From assembly GCA_028686075.1 (NCBI GenBank), contig JAQUCT010000003.1, forward strand, positions 12,796 through 76,795: 64,000 nucleotides of DNA. The letters run 5' to 3'. The position numbers and the translations under genes are program-made. This document shows, piece by piece, positions 57,961 through 64,000 of the stretch (the first letter of the stretch is position 1; every line of letters begins with the position of its first letter). Below the pieces are notes generated by a model. The model had not been told where the DNA came from and ran no database searches. It saw only the letters and a list, made by a program, of their open reading frames with translations. Origin of the DNA: Bacillota bacterium. Its GTDB lineage: Bacteria > Bacillota > Clostridia > Ch29.

Positions 57961-58806
57961 TTGAGAGAGATAAATATGGGCGAAATAACAAAAACTGTGG
58001 AGGAGCTTTGTATGGAAGCCAACTACAACCTTCCGGCCGATATAAAGAGGGCACTGGAGGCGGCAGCAGAAAGGGAGGAATCGCCCCTTGGCAGGGAAAT
58101 ACTTTCAGATATCCTTAAGAATGCGGAGATTGCCCGGCGCGACCGGGTACCCATATGCCAGGATACCGGGCTGGCGGTTGTATTCCTTGAACTGGGTCAG
58201 GATGTAAGGCTTGTAGGAGGAGACTTAAGCGAGGCGGTAAACGAGGGCGTAAAGAAGGGATATGCAAATGGATACCTTCGCAAATCCAGCGTTGATGACC
58301 CGTTTATGGTCAGGAAAAATACCGGGGATAATACACCGGCAGTTATACATACCACCATTGTGCCCGGGGACAGGCTGAGGATAACAGTTGTGCCAAAGGG
58401 CGGCGGAAGCGAAAACATGAGTGCCTTAGCGATGCTTAAGCCCTCAGACGGGGTGGAGGGTGTAAAAAGGTTTGTGGTTGATACAGTCGAAAGGGCAGGC
58501 TCCAACCCATGTCCTCCTGTAATAGTGGGGGTCGGAATCGGAGGCACCATAGAAATGACAGCACTTATAGCCAAAAAGGCCCTTTTACGCAATGTGGGAG
58601 AACATAATCCAAACCCTGTGGTGGCAAAGCTGGAGCGAGAACTCCTTGAGGAAATAAACGGACTGGGTATAGGCCCCCAGGGCTTTGGCGGCAGCACAAC
58701 AGCTCTGGCCGTAAATATTGAGACATTTCCCGCTCACATAGCTAGTATGCCGGTGGCAGTAAATATGCAGTGCCACGCCGCAAGGCACAGTGAGGCCTTT
58801 GTATAA
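57961..58806 (+). CDS. Class I (Fe-S) fumarate/tartrate hydro-lyase, alpha (N-terminal-type) subunit
   Basis: PICQDTG, VPKGGGSEN and PP...GVGIGG motifs. TTG at 57961 lies 5 nt after AGGAGGAG. Confidence 0.85.
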   Translation: MREINMGEITKTVEELCMEANYNLPADIKRALEAAAEREESPLGREILSDILKNAEIARRDRVPICQDTGLAVVFLELGQDVRLVGGDLSEAVNEGVKKGYANGYLRKSSVDDPFMVRKNTGDNTPAVIHTTIVPGDRLRITVVPKGGGSENMSALAMLKPSDGVEGVKRFVVDTVERAGSNPCPPVIVGVGIGGTIEMTALIAKKALLRNVGEHNPNPVVAKLERELLEEINGLGIGPQGFGGSTTALAVNIETFPAHIASMPVAVNMQCHAARHSEAFV

Positions 58807-58831
58807 CTTCGGAACAGGAGGTGCGACACAG

Positions 58832-59395
58832 GTGACAAAAACCATACAAACTCCCCTTACCGGCCAGGTGGTGGAGGGCTTGGAAGCGGGGGACAGGGTG
58901 CTGATAAGCGGTATAATATACACCGGCCGTGACGCTGCCCACAAAGGGCTTGCGGAAATGATGGAAAGAGGTGAAAAGCTTCCTGTGGACTTAAAAGGCC
59001 AGATTATCTACTATGTAGGACCATGCCCGGCCAAATCCGGAAGGGTAATCGGCTCTGCAGGGCCCACCACCAGCGGCAGGATGGATTCCTATACGCCCTT
59101 ACTCCTTGATAAGGGCCTTAAGGGTATGATAGGTAAGGGCCTGCGAAACAAGGAGGTAACAGAATCCATAATAAAAAACAAAGCCGTGTATTTTGCGGCG
59201 ATAGGAGGGGCCGGGGCTCTTCTTGCCGAATCCATAAAAGAGGCGGAAGTAGTGGCCTTTGACGACCTTGGACCGGAAGCAGTATACAGGCTTAAGGTGG
59301 AGGACTTTCCTGTAACCGTGGTAATAGACAGCCGGGGTAACGACCTGTACAAGACGGGCAGGGGGAAATATAAACAAAAAAAGAAGGAGATATAG
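58832..59395 (+). CDS. Class I (Fe-S) fumarate/tartrate hydro-lyase, beta (C-terminal-type) subunit
   Basis: GD.V.ISG.IYTGRDAAHK...GP.P......GS.GPTTS.RMD....L...G....IGKG. GTG at 58832 follows CAGGAGGTG. Confidence 0.85.
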   Translation: MTKTIQTPLTGQVVEGLEAGDRVLISGIIYTGRDAAHKGLAEMMERGEKLPVDLKGQIIYYVGPCPAKSGRVIGSAGPTTSGRMDSYTPLLLDKGLKGMIGKGLRNKEVTESIIKNKAVYFAAIGGAGALLAESIKEAEVVAFDDLGPEAVYRLKVEDFPVTVVIDSRGNDLYKTGRGKYKQKKKEI

Positions 59396-59397
59396 CC

Positions 59398-60633
59398 ATG
59401 TCATTAAGAGAAGATGCATTGAAACTTCACCGGGACAAAGCAGGAAAACTGGAGATAATAAGCAAAGTACCCGTAAAGGATAGGGAAGACTTAAGCCTTG
59501 CCTATACCCCCGGGGTGGCAGAACCCTGTAAGGAAATACATAAACACCTTGATAATGTGTATGAATACACTTCAAAGGGTAACCTTATTGCGGTTGTATC
59601 CAACGGTACGGCGGTACTAGGCCTTGGCAACATAGGTGCTGCGGCTTCGCTGCCGGTAATGGAGGGCAAGGCGGTGCTTTTCAAAAGCTTTGCCGGGATC
59701 GACGCATTTCCTATCTGCCTTGATACAATGGATATAGACAAGATTGTGGAAACAGTAGCCCATATAGAGCCCTCCTTCGGCGGTATAAACCTTGAGGATA
59801 TAGCCGCGCCGGCATGCTTTGAGATAGAAAGGAAACTCAAAGAAAGGCTGTCAATACCGGTGTTCCATGACGACCAGCACGGAACCGCCATCATTGTGCT
59901 GGGTGCCCTGCTAAACGCCCTGAGGCTTACCGGCAAAAAGCTGGAGGACTTAGTGGTGGTAATGAACGGGGTTGGTGCTGCCGGGGTTGCCATCGGCAAG
60001 ATAATACTAAGAGCCGGTGCCGGGGACCTTATAATGTGCGACAGCAAGGGGATTATTTACAGGGGCAGGACCGAAGGCATGAACCCGGCTAAAGAGGAAA
60101 TGGCCATTCTTACCAATAAAGCCAATAATACGGGCACCCTGGTAGATGCGCTGGTCGGTGCAGACGTATTCATAGGTGTGTCTGCCGCCAATGTTGTAAG
60201 CACCGATATGGTAAGAAGCATGAACAGCGACCCAATAGTATTTGCGATGGCAAATCCTGTGCCCGAGATAGACCCCGACCTTGCAAAGGAAGCCGGGGCC
60301 AGAGTAGTCGGAACCGGAAGGTCGGATTATCCCAACCAGATAAACAATGTTCTGGCTTTCCCGGGGGTATTCAGGGGAGCGCTGGACGTGCGTGCCTCCG
60401 ACATAAATGAGGAGATGAAGCTGGCCGCAGCGTATGCTCTCTCCCAATTGATACCTGACCAAGAACTAAGGGAGGATTACATAATCCCAAACCCCTTTGA
60501 CCCAAGGGTTGCTCCGGCGGTTGCAAAGGCGGTGGCAAAGGCCGCCATGGACAGCGGTGTGGCCAGGGTTAAGACGGACCCGGAGCAGATTGCCCGAAGG
60601 ACCGAGGAGCTGCTGGCAAAGGCTTCTTTATAG
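59398..60633 (+). CDS. NAD(P)-dependent malic enzyme (short, prokaryotic type)
   Basis: LSLAYTPGVA, GLGNIGA....PVMEGK..LFK.F, FHDDQHGTA, and GAGAAG Rossmann motif. Confidence 0.92.
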   Translation: MSLREDALKLHRDKAGKLEIISKVPVKDREDLSLAYTPGVAEPCKEIHKHLDNVYEYTSKGNLIAVVSNGTAVLGLGNIGAAASLPVMEGKAVLFKSFAGIDAFPICLDTMDIDKIVETVAHIEPSFGGINLEDIAAPACFEIERKLKERLSIPVFHDDQHGTAIIVLGALLNALRLTGKKLEDLVVVMNGVGAAGVAIGKIILRAGAGDLIMCDSKGIIYRGRTEGMNPAKEEMAILTNKANNTGTLVDALVGADVFIGVSAANVVSTDMVRSMNSDPIVFAMANPVPEIDPDLAKEAGARVVGTGRSDYPNQINNVLAFPGVFRGALDVRASDINEEMKLAAAYALSQLIPDQELREDYIIPNPFDPRVAPAVAKAVAKAAMDSGVARVKTDPEQIARRTEELLAKASL

Positions 60634-60642
60634 AAATAAAGC

Positions 60643-60672
60643 CCCGGCACATATGGTATGTGCCGGGATCTT
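60643..60672 (+). terminator. Hairpin after the malic enzyme gene
   Basis: CCCGGCACATA-TGG-TATGTGCCGGG 11-bp stem, but a weak T-run. Confidence 0.5.
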
Positions 60673-60685
60673 AAAAGCTTATAAA

Positions 60686-60883
60686 TCAGGGACATACCGT
60701 GCCAAGGAATATCCGCACTGGTAGCGGTGTATCCACCACCGCATCGGTTTCAATTATTACTATTCGCAGTTCATTGTCCCAGTCCACATTTGCACCCAGG
60801 GTTTCGCTAACAAACCTTTGACTGGTGCGGATATGGTTTTTTGCCGTAAAGCAGGCTATAGTTTTTAAAATCTGGATATGGTA
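60686..60883 (-). pseudogene. Fragment resembling a copper-amine-oxidase N-terminal ('stalk') domain protein
   Basis: The minus-strand frame reads ...AKNHIRTSQRFVSETLGANVDWDNELRIVIIETD...*. There is no in-frame ATG/GTG/TTG start and the frame is bounded upstream by a stop. RFVSEALGA.V.WD is the hallmark of that domain. Confidence 0.4.
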
Positions 60884-60891
60884 CTATTTGT

Positions 60892-61530
60892 TTATTTCGT
60901 TTGGAAGAATTTCTTTGCTTTTAGCAGGTGCTCTTCATCCGTCATTATAGTTATTACGTCACCAATCTGTAATATGGTGTCTTTTTTTGCCAAAATATCT
61001 TCTTCATGTCTGTTTATTGATAAAAGCATAATATTTTCTGGCATCTCTAAGACTCGTATTTTCTTGGATATAAGTGGTGAATCCATTGTAACCTGGGTTT
61101 TGAAAAGCGTTATTTGATTACTGCTTATTTGGTCCAGATTTTTGTCAAGCATTCTGCCCAATAGAGAATCGTATATGGGTTTGTTGTTTAACAGTTCAGC
61201 TATTAAATAAGAGGTTATGGCGATTATGCAAAGGCTCAGTATGTGCTGAAAGCTGCCGGTCATTTCGGTAACCAGCAGTATTGAGAGTATGGGGGACCGC
61301 AGAACCGAAGTAAGTATTCCGGCCATGGCAAGTATAATAAAATTTGCCATATATGTGTTGTGCAACAATCCAAAGGCATCAAATATATTTATATACAGCG
61401 CGCCTGAAATTGCTCCCAACACCAATACCGGCAGGAAAATGCCTCCGTCTAATACCATTCTTTCATTTAAGGTTCTTAAATGCATTAAGCTTTTCAGGCT
61501 TTTCACTATAGAATTGACACCACCTTTCAA
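60892..61530 (-). pseudogene. 5'-truncated ClC voltage-gated chloride channel (last TM helices plus TrkA-C/RCK_C domain)
   Basis: GGIFLPVLVLGAISG (GxFxP selectivity motif), the final helices and a C-terminal RCK_C-like domain. Only 212 aa, whereas ClC channels normally exceed 400 aa. I saw no coding sequence upstream. Confidence 0.55.
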
Positions 61531-61666
61531 AAATTATTATACCATATTAATGCTTTATTCAGTGATGGTATTGACAAAGAATACCGTCCCTTGCCATCCC
61601 TGTCTTTAGAAGCCTTCTTGAAAAAATTTGATTAGTGGACTAACATAAATACGAGGAGGGGAAAAC

Positions 61667-62215
61667 ATGAAAAAGTTTGTAATAGAAGACGGGTTCTGGG
61701 GACTGTTTCCCGGTGCAAAGATAGGCGTGGCTGTCTGCCGGGGTATTGACAATTCAACTAAGGACACGGAAGTGTATGAAAAAATGCTGCGGCAGGTGGA
61801 GAGGGAGGCCGTAGGCTACTTTAAGGAGGAAGTGTTTAGCAGCAACCCGGTAATCGCGGTGTGGAGGAATGCTTTCAAGAAGTTCAAGACAAAAAAAGGT
61901 GCAAGGTCTTCCATAGAAGCCCTGTTAAAAAGGGTGCAAAAGGGCGGGCAGATAGGTACAATAAACCCCCTTGTAGACATATATAATTCGGTTTCACTAA
62001 GATACGCCCTGCCCTGCGGCGGCGAATCCGGCAACAATGCAAGGGTGTGCGATTATGAATGGGTGCTTTCCACAAGGCAGCAGTGCATCGAGTACGACGT
62101 GCCTTTTAGTTTCAGGCAGACAGGGGCAAATTTTCGCAAAGGGAACCGGACATACAGGATAAAAAGAAAGTATCAGATGTCCCAGGCGGCAAAAGCTGGT
62201 ATAGATTATAAATAA
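61667..62215 (+). CDS. Chimeric ORF: N-terminal half of a B3/B4 tRNA-binding-domain protein fused to a Gp37/Gp68 (DUF5131)-like C-terminus
   Basis: Residues 1 to ~120 (FPGAKIGV..IAVWRNAFKKF..ARSSIEALLKRV..INPLVDIYNSVSL) stop mid-domain. Residues ~125-182 (WVLSTRQQCIEYDVPFSFRQTGANF...) resemble the C-terminus of an unrelated family. Confidence 0.5.
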   Translation: MKKFVIEDGFWGLFPGAKIGVAVCRGIDNSTKDTEVYEKMLRQVEREAVGYFKEEVFSSNPVIAVWRNAFKKFKTKKGARSSIEALLKRVQKGGQIGTINPLVDIYNSVSLRYALPCGGESGNNARVCDYEWVLSTRQQCIEYDVPFSFRQTGANFRKGNRTYRIKRKYQMSQAAKAGIDYK

Positions 62216-62426
62216 CACACGTTACAGGAGAATAGGCTTGCGGACGCGGGAAGAAACGAGAACCGTCCCCGTGTCTTAGAGATAAACATAAAGAAAAACT
62301 TAATGGTCAGGATAATCTGTTCTACAAAGAGCGACAAAATAATCACTTCCTTTAAGTTACAATATTACTGATAATGTAACATATTAGTTTATTATTATCA
62401 TTCCCAGTTTAAGGAGAGTGTGCTTT

Positions 62427-64000
62427 GTGAAAAGTTTTAAAACAAGAGTTTTTATTGCCATTCTTTTGATAGCTTTATTTATCGAACCTGCTACAGCAGC
62501 TGAAAAGATATTATTCGAAAAGAATATCGATGTCACAAATGAAGAGCTAATTGATATTTCTGTAAATGCAAATAATCAATATGTTGCTTTAGGGCGATAT
62601 GGACTTATTAAGCTTTCCAATGATGGATATAACTGGACAGTCACAAACCTAAATAACCAAGGAGTTGAAATGAGGGCTATTGCGAGCAGTCCAAGGGAGT
62701 TTATAGTTGTTGGTGCGGAAGGTAATCTATTCAGGTCTGAAAACTGTGAAGATTGGGAAAAGATCACTATTGATAAGGGAAATTTCAAGGAGAAGTTTAG
62801 TGATGTAGTATGGAATGGAAAAAATTTTTATGCATACACCGATTTTGAAGCTGGTTATTCTGGATTTAGCTTTACGTACCAAGGATACGTATTGGTTTCG
62901 CCGGATGGCGTGAAATGGCAATCAAAAAAAGTGAATATTCCAAAAAAGAAAAATCGGACAGACAATTATTATTATAAATATATTCGGAATAACGTATTAT
63001 GGACAGGTAAAAAATTTTTATGTGATAACGGTCGTATCGGTTCTATCCTGGAATCTAAGGATGGTGTTAACTGGTTTCATATCTATTTAGATCACGATCA
63101 TGGATTAGGAAAACTATATGATACGGGCAACGGATATATTGCTACTGAAACGCTTCCAAAACAATCTGACCGGTTTACTTATTTTTATTCTAAAGACGGT
63201 GATGCATGGGAGAAAAAAACATATATCGCTACTCCCGGAGAAGTTCTTACGGATTTTAAATGGGACAACCAAGGCGGGTATATTGTACCAGGATGGTATT
63301 TGCATTCACTTAACGGTGAGCAAATGATTCCTAAAGATATGGAAGTAAATAATACTTTTTATGGCATTAAAACACAGCTGCAAGGTTATACGAAAGGAAT
63401 GCATGCAATTTCGAAAACCATTTGGGATGGGGGAAAATTTATAGGCATTGGTAGAGATGGAGGGATACTAGTATCTAAGGATTCAAAAACCTGGGATATT
63501 GTGCACAGTCCAGTAAAACTAAGTAAGAATCTTAAGTGGGATGGTAATCAGTTTGTGGATTTCGTACATATTGCTGACAGAACATTTAAGCTTATTTCCA
63601 GTGATGGTGTTCATTGGAACGCTGTAGAAGCTAATATTGTTTCTGTTATGCCTGAGGATATGATTGGACTATATTTTACATATACAATTAATAATGGTGA
63701 ATATATAGGGGTAAATCGGCTGAATTCTGGCAAGTGGGTAACTTTGACTTCGGCAGATGGAGTTACTTGGGATTGTGATAATAATAATTTGGATAGTCTA
63801 ACTCATTCTAATTATCTAATATCTGCAACAAATGGAAACATATATGTTGCCGTAGGAAGAAAAGGAGATATTCTGTACTCTCAAGATGGAACGACCTGGT
63901 TCAGGGCTCAGTCAAATGCTGATTATGACCTGCGCGGAATAGTATGGAATGGAGAAAAGTTCGTTGTAGTAGGTTATGGAGACATATTATATTCAACAGA
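62427..64000 (+). CDS. Secreted repeat protein, Asp-box/BNR-like beta-propeller candidate; the 3' end lies outside the window
   Basis: Not in the supplied track because it has no stop in the window. GTG lies 9 nt after AAGGAGA. Signal peptide VKSFKTRVFIAILLIALFIEPATA, then 524 codons with no stop, read by hand. At least 9 S-x-D-G-x-x-W-type motifs are spaced with W(N/D)G.KF(V/I) motifs. Confidence 0.75.
   Translation, partial: MKSFKTRVFIAILLIALFIEPATAAEKILFEKNIDVTNEELIDISVNANNQYVALGRYGLIKLSNDGYNWTVTNLNNQGVEMRAIASSPREFIVVGAEGNLFRSENCEDWEKITIDKGNFKEKFSDVVWNGKNFYAYTDFEAGYSGFSFTYQGYVLVSPDGVKWQSKKVNIPKKKNRTDNYYYKYIRNNVLWTGKKFLCDNGRIGSILESKDGVNWFHIYLDHDHGLGKLYDTGNGYIATETLPKQSDRFTYFYSKDGDAWEKKTYIATPGEVLTDFKWDNQGGYIVPGWYLHSLNGEQMIPKDMEVNNTFYGIKTQLQGYTKGMHAISKTIWDGGKFIGIGRDGGILVSKDSKTWDIVHSPVKLSKNLKWDGNQFVDFVHIADRTFKLISSDGVHWNAVEANIVSVMPEDMIGLYFTYTINNGEYIGVNRLNSGKWVTLTSADGVTWDCDNNNLDSLTHSNYLISATNGNIYVAVGRKGDILYSQDGTTWFRAQSNADYDLRGIVWNGEKFVVVGYGDILYST

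Noticed and set aside
62262-62273. A third occurrence of ACCGTCCCCGTG, the core of the 572/45129 hairpin motif.
   Set aside because: Only the 12-mer matches. In a 64-kb window on the order of a hundred 12-mer coincidences are expected by chance, and the flanks do not align.

Overview
This 64-kb chromosomal segment appears to come from an endospore-forming Clostridia-class Firmicute. That inference rests on gene content and order, namely spoIVFB, the L27 N-terminal extension with its Prp protease, T-box control and sigma-54 enhancer-binding logic. About 80% of the window is conserved housekeeping, mostly on the + strand.

Gene order, left to right:
- A partial LysM/SleB-type hydrolase, then maf-mreBCD-PBP2-minCDE-rodA.
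- An M23 peptidase with spoIVFB.
- A TIGR03960 radical-SAM protein, DUF2344 and RNase G.
- The L21 leader, then rplU-prp-rpmA-obg.
- nadD / yqeK / LCP / rsfS.
- A Leu T-box followed by leuS-yheO-ridA.
- dacB-type carboxypeptidase, comEA and an alanine:cation symporter.
- selA-selB, a LarA-like gene and tRNA-Sec.
- A sigma-54 PrpR-type activator with a clear -24/-12 promoter driving a four-subunit 2-oxoacid:ferredoxin oxidoreductase operon, then macro-domain and Sir2 genes.
- A MarR/MATE pair, class-I fumarate hydratase and malic enzyme.

Features not explained by housekeeping:
1. A dense family of composite palindromic, MITE-like intergenic elements built from inverted TGTCATCCTGAGCGAAGCGAAGGATC units. 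There are 5 full copies plus fragments, and one copy splits the normally tight nadD-yqeK pair.
2. A subtilase (S8) operon with three small uncharacterised proteins that share a KP-x-(L/V)-D helical repeat, divergent from a second FtsH paralog.
3. A LarA-type gene translationally coupled to selB and followed by selC.
4. A membrane protein with a degenerate Mrr-like nuclease core inserted between obg and nadD.
5. A 7x LysM protein with conserved Cys pairs and no signal peptide.
6. An AT-rich right-hand end (about 60.7-64 kb) showing gene decay: a copper-amine-oxidase-stalk fragment, a 5'-truncated ClC channel and a chimeric B3/4::Gp37/68-like ORF. It also holds a long open-ended ORF, absent from the supplied track, that encodes a secreted Asp-box beta-propeller-like protein.

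I saw no CRISPR array, rRNA, integrase, transposase or recognisable defence system. None of the candidates is demonstrably a new system from sequence alone, and they are ranked accordingly.
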